From the NCBI GenBank assembly GCA_963799485.1, contig CAWCXJ010000012.1, positions 64,001-128,000 of the forward strand: a DNA stretch of 64,000 nucleotides. The letters run 5' to 3'. Positions 30,340 to 39,964 of this stretch are shown here, one piece after another (position 1 is the first letter of the stretch; each line of letters opens with the position of its first letter). The stretch comes from an uncultured Trueperaceae bacterium. Lineage in GTDB: Bacteria > Deinococcota > Deinococci > Deinococcales > Trueperaceae. The translations under genes were made by a program, and so were the position numbers. A model generated the notes under the pieces. It had not been told where the DNA came from and searched no databases. It worked only from the letters and a program-made list of their open reading frames with translations.

Positions 30340-31344
30340 TTACGGGTATCCGAGGATTTTTTGACGGCGGCGGCCCCACTCGAGCGCGCTACTAATCCCT
30401 TCATCGATACTCCGCTCCGCTTGCCACTCGAGCAGCGCCCTTGCCTGGTCTGCGTTGGCGTAGGCTCCGGCTACGTCGCCGGGACGCGGCGGCGCTTCGG
30501 ACTTGGCGATGGCCTTGCCCCAAACCCGTTCAAAAGCAGCCACGAGTTCTTTGACGGTTACGCCGTCGCCGGTGCCTAGATTGATGACTGCGTAAGGGCT
30601 GTCCACTGTTGCGAGTACCGCGTCGAAACGCGTCACGGCCGCCACGTGCGCTTTCGCCAAATCCCACACGTGAACGTAGTCGCGAATCCCGCTGCCGTCT
30701 CTTGTAGGCCAATCGACGCCCGTAATCTGAAACTCCGGGAGTTTGCCGAGCGCCGTATCGACCAATTTGCCGAGGACGTGCGAGGGTTCCCGGACATAGA
30801 TACCGCTGCGAAACTCCGGGTCGGCCCCGATAGGGTTGAAGTAGCGCAGCGCAATCCCGCACAAAGGTGTCGCGTGCGCGAGGTCGGACAAGACCTGTTC
30901 CATCATGTACTTCGTGCGGGCATACGGTGATGAGGGTTTGAGCGGCGCGTCTTCCGTAACCTTAAACCCCGGTACGGCGTCGTAAATGCTCGCCGACGAA
31001 CTAAAGACGACTCTTGGGTAGCCTAACTCGGTCAGAAGCCGAAACAGCTCCAAAGACTTGCAGACATTTTCGTGATAGTAGCGGTAAGGTTGTTCGACGG
31101 ACTCCGGCACGACGATCAGCGCGGCGCAGTGAACCGTCGCGTGGATGTCCGGATGGTCGTTACATATCTGCTCCAGCAGTTCTTTGTCGGCGACGTCGCC
31201 CTCGTAAAAGATACGCTTTTCGGTGAACACCCTCGGCCCGCTGACGAGTGAATCGAGCAAAATCGGGGTGTGGCCCTCGTCCTCCAAGGCGCTGGCAATC
31301 GTACTCCCGATATACCCGGCACCGCCGGTTACTAAGATTTTCAT
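30340..31344 (-). CDS. galE: UDP-glucose 4-epimerase
   Basis: ILVTGGAGYIGS, FSSSASIY, SPYARTK, LRYFNPIGA, DGSGIRDYVHV. Confidence 0.94.
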   Translation of the reverse strand: MKILVTGGAGYIGSTIASALEDEGHTPILLDSLVSGPRVFTEKRIFYEGDVADKELLEQICNDHPDIHATVHCAALIVVPESVEQPYRYYHENVCKSLELFRLLTELGYPRVVFSSSASIYDAVPGFKVTEDAPLKPSSPYARTKYMMEQVLSDLAHATPLCGIALRYFNPIGADPEFRSGIYVREPSHVLGKLVDTALGKLPEFQITGVDWPTRDGSGIRDYVHVWDLAKAHVAAVTRFDAVLATVDSPYAVINLGTGDGVTVKELVAAFERVWGKAIAKSEAPPRPGDVAGAYANADQARALLEWQAERSIDEGISSALEWGRRRQKILGYP

Positions 31345-31523
31345 CTTTCACCTCACTTTGCTGGCTTCACTTTACCCGGTTCGAGCTTAGGTCGGTCTCA
31401 CCTGCTGCCCGGCTCGAGCCCGGTAAACGGTTTTATTTTCGCGCAGCAACGCCTGAGCCGCAAAACGTCACGGCTTTTGTGCGAAAGCGATCGGGGGCCG
31501 CGGCGTATAGTCCAAACTCCGGG

Positions 31524-32801
31524 CTAACGGTCGGCAGTGCGTTTCGCATCGGGTTTGTCCGCCAGCAAAAAGAGCATCTCGGCTGCGAGGTTGGCGCGGC
31601 CCACCGGATAGTAATTTTCGTCTAGGTCGACTTCTTGGTAGGCCCGCCGGACGGCGCGCTCAAGCTTGCCCGTTGCGTCCCACTTACCGACTACGGCGTA
31701 AGGGTAATTCACAAAATGAAAGGTGATGCCATCCTCAAAGCTCGAGGGTTTGAGCCCTGCTTGAAACACGCCGCCGCAGATATCACTGGCAAACGAACGG
31801 TAGCTGTCTTTCATTACCAGTGAGGTCATCGCCGTCGACACATACTGCATAAAGGTGTCGTCGAAGATACTAAACCCTTCCATCGCCAGGTCTTGAAACG
31901 CCTGAAAGGTAAGCCGCAAGTAGACGAACGGTTGACAGCTCAGCGCGTCGTTTCGGTCGGCTGCCGGCAAAAACCGCTGATCCCAGACGTAAGCCGGCCC
32001 GCCCGGGGTGTATACCCTTCTGACTTGACGGGTTACCTCCCTCGCCATCCGTTCGGCCTCGCTGTAGTAGCTCGCCTCGCCGGTCAACTTGTACATGTAG
32101 AGTTGATAACGAATAAATTGCACATAGGGATGCATGAGGTCACGAGTCAAAAACGGAAAGCCGAACGGTACGTTGTTGCGTTTACGCCACTTGGCCTCGA
32201 AATCGTTTTTTAGATAGTCTTCCCAAAATATCGCGTGTTCGCGGTAGCGCGGATTAAACGCAGCATTTTCGCGAAGTGCGGCGGCAGCGGCGGCGACGAC
32301 GGAGTGAGTTAGAATCTCTTCCATCGTGTACTCGTCGTCGCCGTAGAGCGACGGGTTGCTGCCTCTTGCAAGGTAACGCCAGTTTCTAAAGCCGTCGCCG
32401 TTGTAGTCGGCTAGTTCAGCGCGGGCCAACTCCATCAACCGGTCGATTTCATCGAGCAGCGCCAGGTCTTTGGTAACCCGCAGCGCAGTCAGCAGGCTCG
32501 TAAGGTAGTTGTTGAACTTTCTGCCTAAATCGTTGAGGTCACCGCTGGCAGCGAGCCGTTCGGGATTAAAATCGCTGTCGCTGTTATTGACGTATCTGAT
32601 ACCGTCCCAAAGGCGGGCGTGCCACACCTTCATCTCACCGGGAAGCTGGTTCGGGCTGAAGTTCGGGTCGCCTTTTAAGCTGTAGGTGCCTACCGGCTTA
32701 AGGGGTGGGCTCACACGGGAAACAGCCTGGGATTTTACACCGGGGAGGGTACAGCTCGTTAGGAGCAGCGCAAACAAACAGGTTAAAACGCGAGTTATCA
32801 C
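31524..32801 (-). CDS. Uncharacterised lipoprotein
   Basis: Lipobox LLLTSC. 425-aa open frame. TACGAT -10 seven nt before the GTG. Confidence 0.7.
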   Translation of the reverse strand: MITRVLTCLFALLLTSCTLPGVKSQAVSRVSPPLKPVGTYSLKGDPNFSPNQLPGEMKVWHARLWDGIRYVNNSDSDFNPERLAASGDLNDLGRKFNNYLTSLLTALRVTKDLALLDEIDRLMELARAELADYNGDGFRNWRYLARGSNPSLYGDDEYTMEEILTHSVVAAAAAALRENAAFNPRYREHAIFWEDYLKNDFEAKWRKRNNVPFGFPFLTRDLMHPYVQFIRYQLYMYKLTGEASYYSEAERMAREVTRQVRRVYTPGGPAYVWDQRFLPAADRNDALSCQPFVYLRLTFQAFQDLAMEGFSIFDDTFMQYVSTAMTSLVMKDSYRSFASDICGGVFQAGLKPSSFEDGITFHFVNYPYAVVGKWDATGKLERAVRRAYQEVDLDENYYPVGRANLAAEMLFLLADKPDAKRTADR

Positions 32802-32949
32802 GGTTTACATCGTACCGAGGAAACGTGAAGTCCATGTGACGCTTGTCTCCCGGCTGCAAGTCGGCGTCGAAAAAGGTCTGGGAATCCGGTAGCGTCTTTA
32901 GGCCCCAATCGTCCAAATCACGCCCTGGACGCCTTTAAGCGCGTACGAG

Positions 32950-33753
32950 TTAAGTAAACCACTCGAGCGACCCCTGTTTCTCCCGCACCGTAAAACCCAC
33001 CGCGCCGTAAATATTTTTGGCGAAGTAATGCTCGTCGGCAACGATCACGAGCGTTTTGGCCCCCAAGGTTGAGAGCGCAAAACGTCCTACTTCGTAAAGC
33101 AGGGTGCTGCAAATCCCGCGCCGCCGCAAGTCCGGGTGCGTTACGACCGACTGATAGCGGGCCAAGTTGCCCACGTGCAAGTCGGCAAAAATGCCCATAT
33201 CGGCGACCAGCTTCCCGTCCAAAAAGGCTCCGAACCACCTTCCTAGACCCGCCGCAATCATCTTCCGGTAAGACTCGGTACTCGCTTCGTAAAACCTTCG
33301 GTAGCTTGCCTCGTCGTCTTTTTCCTGACGGCAGAGGACGTGCAGCTCGACGTGTTCGGCAAACTCGGCGTCGGTCGTAAGCGCCCGGATGTCAAGTTCA
33401 TGGTGGTAACGGCGCGGCAGCACGAGTGTATCGGTTGCCATGACGACCTCTTCGCCCAGCGCGAAACCGGCGGCGAGAAAGTCGGCGGTGTCGCCGTGCC
33501 GCCCGTCTACCGTGTCCCACGCGAAAAGCTTGTGTGTGATGCGCGGCGGCGTGCCGACCTCACGGGCAAAAAGCTCGTTCCAGCGCCTGAAATCTCCCGG
33601 CTCGGGTGGCGCGCCGAAGATAAGAAAGTTACCCCAGCGGTAGCTTGGATTGCTCGGTGTGCGGATAACCAGGTAACGGCCCCGGTCTACGACTTCGCCT
33701 TCAAAACGGTGAAAAATCAGGTCGGTACGGTAGCCGAGTGAGGTCGGTTGCAT
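32950..33753 (-). CDS. GNAT family N-acetyltransferase
   Basis: VVTHPDLRRRGI acetyl-CoA motif, IYGAVGF. Confidence 0.85.
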   Translation of the reverse strand: MQPTSLGYRTDLIFHRFEGEVVDRGRYLVIRTPSNPSYRWGNFLIFGAPPEPGDFRRWNELFAREVGTPPRITHKLFAWDTVDGRHGDTADFLAAGFALGEEVVMATDTLVLPRRYHHELDIRALTTDAEFAEHVELHVLCRQEKDDEASYRRFYEASTESYRKMIAAGLGRWFGAFLDGKLVADMGIFADLHVGNLARYQSVVTHPDLRRRGICSTLLYEVGRFALSTLGAKTLVIVADEHYFAKNIYGAVGFTVREKQGSLEWFT

Positions 33754-33833
33754 AGCGCTTAAGCTACCATTCAGGAGAGCAGCAGGACTCGAGCCTCCTC
33801 CAACAAACTACGTCCCACAAACAATTTAGGAAC

Positions 33834-33917
33834 TATTCCGAGTAAGCTGCTCGGGTATTGACGTGGCGTTGGCAGGGCGCTAGACTACCCCTAAATCCGA
33901 CCTCGGCGCTAGGTTTT
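33834..33917 (+). promoter_or_regulatory. Promoter of the iron-uptake operon flanked by two Rrf2/IscR-type palindromes
   Basis: TTGACG(33858)-17 nt-TAGACT(33881). TATTCCGAG-7 nt-CTCGGGTAT (33834-33858) and AAATCCGAC-7 nt-CTAGGTTTT (33893-33917). Confidence 0.65.
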
Positions 33918-33953
33918 CGTCGTTTCGACGCGGGTGGTGCCAGAAGGAGCTTT

Positions 33954-35000
33954 ATGCTCAGCAAAGCCAAACTTGCCGGTTATCTCGGTCTCGCCCTGAC
34001 TTTTTCGGGGGTTGTCCTCGCCCAAAACGACCTCGGCGCTATCAAAACCTATCTGCTGGGTAAAACCGCGGCGCTCGTCGCCTCAACCGACGAACTCGCG
34101 GTGCTCAGCCGGCAGTATTACGAGTTGGCAAAAGCCGCCGATTTCGACTACGAAGCGCTCTGGGCCGATCGTCGGGCCGAAGTCTCGCGGCTTCTTCTAG
34201 ACGCCAGAGACGCCTGGACGACTGCCAGCCCGCTTTATGAACAGATGGAAGGTATCGTGGCCGGGACGCCCGGCTTGGCTCAGTTCGACGTTGACCTCGA
34301 TGCGGGCGCTGCCGCTGCCGAAGACCCCGAGAACGCGGTTTCGTTCGATATCACCCTCCCCGACGGGCAGGTGCTCGAGAAACCCGGCAACCTCATGGGC
34401 GTCACCGAGAGTACGCTTTACGGCACCTTTGCGGCCTACTCGAGCGGTGTCGGGGCCGACCTCGGCGGCGATGGCAAGCTGGCCTTCAGCGACCTTTTAC
34501 CCGACGCCAACGTGCTCCTCGGCGGGGCGCAAAAGATGGCGGCGACGGCCCGCGACCTCGCGACCTCGGCCAAAGCCTGGGAGCCCAGCGCGTCCGACGC
34601 CTTTACCGCGCTCATCGTGATGGTTCCGACCATGAACGAGTATTTTGCGTCGTGGCGCGACTCGAGGTTCGTCGCAGGGGAAGACTCGGGCCAGCGCGAT
34701 TTCGTAGCAATCTCACGGCTTGCCGACGTTCAAGATATTCTGGGCGGGTTGCAAATCGTGCTGAAAAGCGTCAGCCCGCAAATCAGCACCGTCGACGCCG
34801 CCCAGAGCGAGCAGTTAGCGGCGCGCCTAGACGGTCTCAAGGCTTACGTCGGTAAAGTTTACGCCCAGGAGCGGTCCGGCAAACGGTTCAGCCCGGAAGA
34901 GGCCGACCTCTTGGGCGTCGAGGCGCAAGACCGCGCGACCGCGATTACCGGGCAGTTGGCTCAGGTTGCCGGTGTGCTCGGCGTTACGGTCGAAAACTAA
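33954..35000 (+). CDS. Imelysin/EfeO-like periplasmic iron-uptake protein
   Basis: Signal peptide, YEQMEGIV acidic helical motifs, AAGGAG RBS, co-transcribed with an FTR1 permease. Confidence 0.75.
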   Translation: MLSKAKLAGYLGLALTFSGVVLAQNDLGAIKTYLLGKTAALVASTDELAVLSRQYYELAKAADFDYEALWADRRAEVSRLLLDARDAWTTASPLYEQMEGIVAGTPGLAQFDVDLDAGAAAAEDPENAVSFDITLPDGQVLEKPGNLMGVTESTLYGTFAAYSSGVGADLGGDGKLAFSDLLPDANVLLGGAQKMAATARDLATSAKAWEPSASDAFTALIVMVPTMNEYFASWRDSRFVAGEDSGQRDFVAISRLADVQDILGGLQIVLKSVSPQISTVDAAQSEQLAARLDGLKAYVGKVYAQERSGKRFSPEEADLLGVEAQDRATAITGQLAQVAGVLGVTVEN

Positions 35001-35001
35001 G

Positions 35002-37326
35002 ATGAGACGTTTTACGGCTCTTTTTACGGTGCTCGCTGTTTTCGGCGTTGCTGTTTTTGTCTCTGCCTTTTCGGTGGCGCTGGCGGCGTCACCTGCCCAA
35101 CTTGCCGAGACCGTGCGGAGCAGTCTGGCAGCGGCGCAGCTCGAGCTGATGCTTTCGCCCGAAGCTGCCCGTGCGCCGCTGCAAAAAGCGAGAGCGGCTT
35201 ACGCAAAGCTGGGGTTAGCGGGGCTCGAGCCCACTAATACCCGCGCCGAAGCCGCCTTGACCCGGGCGGAAAGGGCCGTAAAACAGGGTGACGGGGCCGC
35301 CTTTGCCGCTGCCAAAGCCCAGCTCTGGACGGCCCTGTTGGGTGCCGGTTTTAAGCGCACGGTGACGGCGATTCAGCAGGCTAAACCAGAAACAGCCGCG
35401 TCGTGGCTCGTGTTACGGGAGTTTCGTCAAGCGACCCGGTTTTCTCGCCCCGACGCCGACGCGACGCTCGCCTTGCGGCGCTGGGGAGCCGGCGAACTGT
35501 CGCAGGAAAAAGCTCTGGCGGCGGTGCGCGCCGACCTGCTCGATACTTACGGGGCGAGGCTCGAGGAGACCCTGGCGGACGTCAACGCGGCCAGTGCGCA
35601 GAACTTTTCAGTACGCACCGCCGAAGCCGCCGCGCTAGCTAGAGGCTACTTTGCGATTTTGGCACCGAGTTTTCGTGAACAGCGCGGCGCAGCCGCGTTG
35701 CGAGAAGCTGAACAGGCGTTTGCGGGGTTGGCGCGCGGTGACGTTGCACCGGTTCAGGCGGCGCTCGCCGGGTTTCGCGCGGCCCCCCTCAGCCCCGACG
35801 AACAGGCCAGCCGCGCCGGTCAGCTCTTCCGCTTCCTGCTGCTTGTCCCGGTCGAGTACGGGCGCGGCGTTCGTAGAGGCGAGGTTACAGTTGACCTCGA
35901 GATTCGTGAAGCCATCAGCTTCCTGGAAGCCGCGACTGCCGCCTTTGCCGACATTCAGGGCGAACTGACGACGCGCGACGCCGCCGCCACCGCACGCGCC
36001 GCCGAGCTTTTCGCCGGACTGACGCAAACCTTGGACGACGCCAGCAAAAACACTGCCGTCGCCGCACCGGACGCGGTGAAAGGCAACGTTCAGACGCTGA
36101 CTGCAACGCTTCAGGGCGTGATGCCCGCCGCGTGGCTTCGGCAAAACAGCAGCGCCGACTTCGACGTGATTGAAGAAGCGCTGTCGCAGCTCGAGGCTGC
36201 CGTCGCTACCGGCGCCTACGCGCAGGCCGAATCTGCCCGCATCGGAGCCTACGCGATTTTAGAAAGTGGCCCTGAAGCGAAACTAACCGCGTTTGCGCCG
36301 CGCTTTGTCCCGGAAATCGAGAACCTGTTCTGGTACGGCTCGGAACCCAAGGGTCTGGCGTACCTGCTCAGCCGTCACGCACCTTTGGCCGAAGTTCAGG
36401 CGACCCGAGCCGCGCTTTCAGCAAAGCTCGCCGAGGCGAAAACCGCAATTGGCGGCTCCAAAGCGCCGGGTTCGGTGGCGACCAACGCCGCGATCATCGT
36501 CTTTCGGGAGGGGCTCGAGGCCGTCCTTATCTTGGCCTCGCTCCTCGGCAGCCTCAAAATGGCGTCGATGCAGCGCTTTCGCCGTCCGCTCTGGGTCGGC
36601 GTCTGGAGCGCTTTAGTCGCTAGCGCCGTAACATTTACGGTGATACGCGGGGCGCTCTTGGCCTTTGCCCAGTTCGGCGAGAAGCTCGAGGCCGTCGTTT
36701 CGGTTGTCGCTATCGGTGTGCTTTTGGTCATCACCAACTGGTTTTTTCACGACACCTACTGGACGGACTGGATGGCCGGGTTTCACAAAAAGAAAGCGCG
36801 CATCATCGGCGCAGGGGTCGGGCAGTTTGTCGGGCTAGCCCTTTTAGGTTTTACCAGCGTCTACCGCGAAGGTTTTGAAACCGCCTTGTTCTTGCAGGCG
36901 CTCATGCTCGAGGCGGGTAGCCTCAGCGTGCTGGCGGGCGTCGCCTTAGGCCTCGCCGCGACGTTTGCAGTCGGTTTTATCGTCTTTCAGGTGCAGACCA
37001 AACTGCCGTACAAAAAGATGCTCGTCGTGACGGCGGTCATGCTCGGCGCAGTTTTGCTGGTGATGGTCGGCAATACCGCGCACGCCCTGCAGGTGGTCGG
37101 CTGGTTGCCGACGCATCCGCTGCGTTTTCTCGAGTTTCCCTACTGGGCGGGGCTCTGGTTTGGACTTTACGCGACGTGGGAAGGGCTTGCCTTACAAGCC
37201 GTTGCCGGGACTTTTGTCACTGGGAGCTACTTCTTGGCTGAGCGGCTCAAAGAGCGCAGACGCCGCACACCAGCTAAAACGTCTAAGCCTGTGTCTGAAA
37301 AGGCGCTGCAAACGGCTGAACGCTAA
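35002..37326 (+). CDS. FTR1-family iron permease with large periplasmic N-terminal region
   Basis: Two RExxE motifs (FREGLEA, YREGFET) within a multi-TM C-terminal domain. Confidence 0.9.
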   Translation: MRRFTALFTVLAVFGVAVFVSAFSVALAASPAQLAETVRSSLAAAQLELMLSPEAARAPLQKARAAYAKLGLAGLEPTNTRAEAALTRAERAVKQGDGAAFAAAKAQLWTALLGAGFKRTVTAIQQAKPETAASWLVLREFRQATRFSRPDADATLALRRWGAGELSQEKALAAVRADLLDTYGARLEETLADVNAASAQNFSVRTAEAAALARGYFAILAPSFREQRGAAALREAEQAFAGLARGDVAPVQAALAGFRAAPLSPDEQASRAGQLFRFLLLVPVEYGRGVRRGEVTVDLEIREAISFLEAATAAFADIQGELTTRDAAATARAAELFAGLTQTLDDASKNTAVAAPDAVKGNVQTLTATLQGVMPAAWLRQNSSADFDVIEEALSQLEAAVATGAYAQAESARIGAYAILESGPEAKLTAFAPRFVPEIENLFWYGSEPKGLAYLLSRHAPLAEVQATRAALSAKLAEAKTAIGGSKAPGSVATNAAIIVFREGLEAVLILASLLGSLKMASMQRFRRPLWVGVWSALVASAVTFTVIRGALLAFAQFGEKLEAVVSVVAIGVLLVITNWFFHDTYWTDWMAGFHKKKARIIGAGVGQFVGLALLGFTSVYREGFETALFLQALMLEAGSLSVLAGVALGLAATFAVGFIVFQVQTKLPYKKMLVVTAVMLGAVLLVMVGNTAHALQVVGWLPTHPLRFLEFPYWAGLWFGLYATWEGLALQAVAGTFVTGSYFLAERLKERRRRTPAKTSKPVSEKALQTAER

Positions 37327-37390
37327 ACTGGTTGAAAACAGCGTTATAGGTTCCAAAGGTCCTCCTCTGGAACTTTTTAGCTGGGCTCGT

Positions 37391-38233
37391 CTAGTCCACG
37401 AGCGATTTAGTTTTCTGGACGAGACTACCTAAACGCTTATGGTTGTGTCCTAATTCTTCCGCTGTCCGGCCCACACAGCCCAAGATATCCGTCACTTCGT
37501 CGGCAAACGCTTCCGGACTTTTCTCAAAGGTGCGCGTCTCGGCGACCGCACCTTTTTCGTTGACGAAGTAGCGTTCGTTAAGGGCAAAAAGCACCTGCAC
37601 GAGGCTATAGACACACTCAAAGAAGCATCCGGCAACGTAAGAACTTTCTGCGCGTTTGACAGGCTTTTCACTAATTGCCAAGGCAAACTCGGCTACTTGT
37701 AAAAAGGTAGGAATCAGCGCCGCTTTAAGCTTAGGCGGGTAGATAGCAAGCTGCGTTTGCAGCGCGCGCAACTCTCCTGCGGGGTCGTAGAGAATCCGAG
37801 CATAGTGGACTTCTCCTAAGTAGATAGGGCTGTGAAACCCATGCGGATGACCGCCGTGAAGATGTCGTTCCGGCTGACCCACGCGGCACTGCTCTAGCAC
37901 TTTTGTGACCCTATCCAGATCGCGGTAGATAAAGTCAACGCGCTGACCACCGATGGTGAGCCATGCGCCGCCGTTGACCCAAGTCCCCCAACCGCCGTAA
38001 CCTGTGACCGTCTCGTCGGAACCGCTGTCATCAACCGCCTTGGCCAACGCCTTGAACGTCCAAATGTCGGGGGGCGTGTCCGCGTGGTAGTACACGCCTA
38101 AATCGATGTCGCTCTCCGGATGCCCGCGGCCCCTTGCCAACGAGCCGCCTAACGTAACTGCCTGAACGCCGGAAATCCAACCTAAACGTTCGGCTAGTTC
38201 TTCAGCTAGAGCATACTGCGCTGCTGCGTCCAT
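37391..38233 (-). CDS. Nucleotidyltransferase domain protein (DUF4037-like)
   Basis: LGGSLARG..SDIDLG, WVNGGAWL, NEKGA. Confidence 0.82.
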   Translation of the reverse strand: MDAAAQYALAEELAERLGWISGVQAVTLGGSLARGRGHPESDIDLGVYYHADTPPDIWTFKALAKAVDDSGSDETVTGYGGWGTWVNGGAWLTIGGQRVDFIYRDLDRVTKVLEQCRVGQPERHLHGGHPHGFHSPIYLGEVHYARILYDPAGELRALQTQLAIYPPKLKAALIPTFLQVAEFALAISEKPVKRAESSYVAGCFFECVYSLVQVLFALNERYFVNEKGAVAETRTFEKSPEAFADEVTDILGCVGRTAEELGHNHKRLGSLVQKTKSLVD

Positions 38234-38244
38234 ATCGCCTCATT

Positions 38245-38270
38245 AAAAAGAGCGGCTTCGGAGCCGCTCT
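38245..38270 (-). terminator. Intrinsic terminator after pruA
   Basis: AGAGCGGCT-CCGA-AGCCGCTCT followed by TTTT on the minus strand. Confidence 0.75.
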
Positions 38271-38286
38271 CGTAAACTTGAAGTCT

Positions 38287-39840
38287 CTAGTACCGCTCGG
38301 CAACGGTTTTCATCTCCATAAAGAGCCGCAGGTAGTCCGGCCCCCCCGCTTTCGCGTTTGAGCCCGAGAGGTTAAACCCGCCGAACGGCTGCACCCCGAC
38401 GAGCGCCCCGGTAATTTTACGGTTTAAGTACAAGTTCCCGACGTGAAACTCGCGCCGTGCCCGCTCCAAACGTGAACGGTCTTTGCTGATAACACCGCCC
38501 GTGAGCCCGTAAACCGTCGCGTTCGCCAGCTCGAGCGCGTGGTCGAAGTCTCGCGCCCGCATAACCGACAAGACCGGCCCGAAAATCTCTTCACAGGCAA
38601 TCGATGCGCTCTGCGGCACCTCGGCAAAGATGGTGGGTTCGATAAAAAAGCCTGTTTCGTCGCCCCGGTTGCCGCCCAACACGAGCTTCGCCTCGGTTTT
38701 ACCGTTTTCGATATAGCCCATGATCTTATCGACCGCTTTTTGATTGATGACCGCGCCCACATCGCTATTTTCTTCCGCTGGGCCGAACGAGAGCCGTTTA
38801 GCACGCTCCACGACCTTCCCCAGCAACGCGTCGTAAACCTCATCGACGACGATTAAGCGGCTCAGCGCCGAACATTTCTGCCCTTGAAAGCCGAAGGCGC
38901 TGGCGACGGCAGCGCCTGCTGCCATGTCCAGATCAGCCGTCTCATCGACAATCAGCGCGTCTTTGCCGCCCAACTCGGCGTAAACTTTTTTCAGCCACTT
39001 CTGCCCCGGTTGGAGTTTGGCGGCGCGTTCATGGATGCGCAGGCCCGTCGTAAGCGACCCCGTAAAGTTGATAAACCGGGTGCGCGGATGGTCGACCAAA
39101 AGGTCGCCGATGTCGGCGTCTGCGCCCGTAACCAGGTTGATGACGCCCGCCGGAAAACCTGCCTCGGCAACGCATTCCATAAATTTTTGCGCGATAATCG
39201 GCGTGTCGGGCGAGGGTTTGACGATGACGGTGTTGCCGACGACGACCGGCCCGACGGCGGTACCGACTAAAATCGCCAGCAAAAAGTTCCATGGCGGAAT
39301 GACCACACCGACGCCGATAGGGACTAAAAACGAGGTGTTCTCTTCACCGGGGTAGTCGTAGGTCTCGAGCGGCCCGTCGAGTTTAAGTGCCTGCCGCGCG
39401 TAGTATTCGCAAAAGTCAATCGCCTCGGCAACGTCGGCTTCGGCCTCGGCAAAGCTCTTACTCGCTTCGAAGGTTTCCCACGCCGAGAGTTCGAATTTGC
39501 GGCGGCGCATCACGGCGGCGAGTTTGACGAGTGCCCGCGCCCGGGCGCTCATCGGCAGCTGCGACCAGCTTGCGTAAGCGTCCCAGGCCGCGTTCAGCGC
39601 CCGCTCCACCTCTTTGCGTTTAGCTTTGGCGCTGCGCCCGACAAGCTGCTCTTGGTTACACGGGTTGACGGACTCGAGCCACCCGTGCGCCGTTTCGACC
39701 CGTTCACCGCCGATGATAAGCGGGTAGTCTTGCCCGAGCTGACCGCGAACAGTCTCTAAAGCCTCTTTGTAGGCGTCCTGCACACTTCTTTGTGAAAAAT
39801 CCGAGTACGGCTCGACTTGGTAAGGCTCAAATAAATCCAT
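38287..39840 (-). CDS. pruA: L-glutamate gamma-semialdehyde (P5C) dehydrogenase
   Basis: PPWNF, FTGS, AELGGKD, FGFQGQKCSA, EEIFGPV, NRKITGALVGVQPFGG. Adjacent to proline dehydrogenase. Confidence 0.93.
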   Translation of the reverse strand: MDLFEPYQVEPYSDFSQRSVQDAYKEALETVRGQLGQDYPLIIGGERVETAHGWLESVNPCNQEQLVGRSAKAKRKEVERALNAAWDAYASWSQLPMSARARALVKLAAVMRRRKFELSAWETFEASKSFAEAEADVAEAIDFCEYYARQALKLDGPLETYDYPGEENTSFLVPIGVGVVIPPWNFLLAILVGTAVGPVVVGNTVIVKPSPDTPIIAQKFMECVAEAGFPAGVINLVTGADADIGDLLVDHPRTRFINFTGSLTTGLRIHERAAKLQPGQKWLKKVYAELGGKDALIVDETADLDMAAGAAVASAFGFQGQKCSALSRLIVVDEVYDALLGKVVERAKRLSFGPAEENSDVGAVINQKAVDKIMGYIENGKTEAKLVLGGNRGDETGFFIEPTIFAEVPQSASIACEEIFGPVLSVMRARDFDHALELANATVYGLTGGVISKDRSRLERARREFHVGNLYLNRKITGALVGVQPFGGFNLSGSNAKAGGPDYLRLFMEMKTVAERY

Positions 39841-39964
39841 AAAGCGTATCCTTTGGGCAGTAAAGCGTATATATACATCACTGTAATCAGGGACGTGAGC
39901 GTTCGGGTGTCGGCTGTAAGACGCTTCTCAGAAGTCAGGATACAGCACTGAAGAGCCGCAAAAC

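Noticed and set aside
29913..30340. Prophage or island integrated at ssrA
   Set aside because: No integrase and no duplicated ssrA 3' end seen. galE follows directly.
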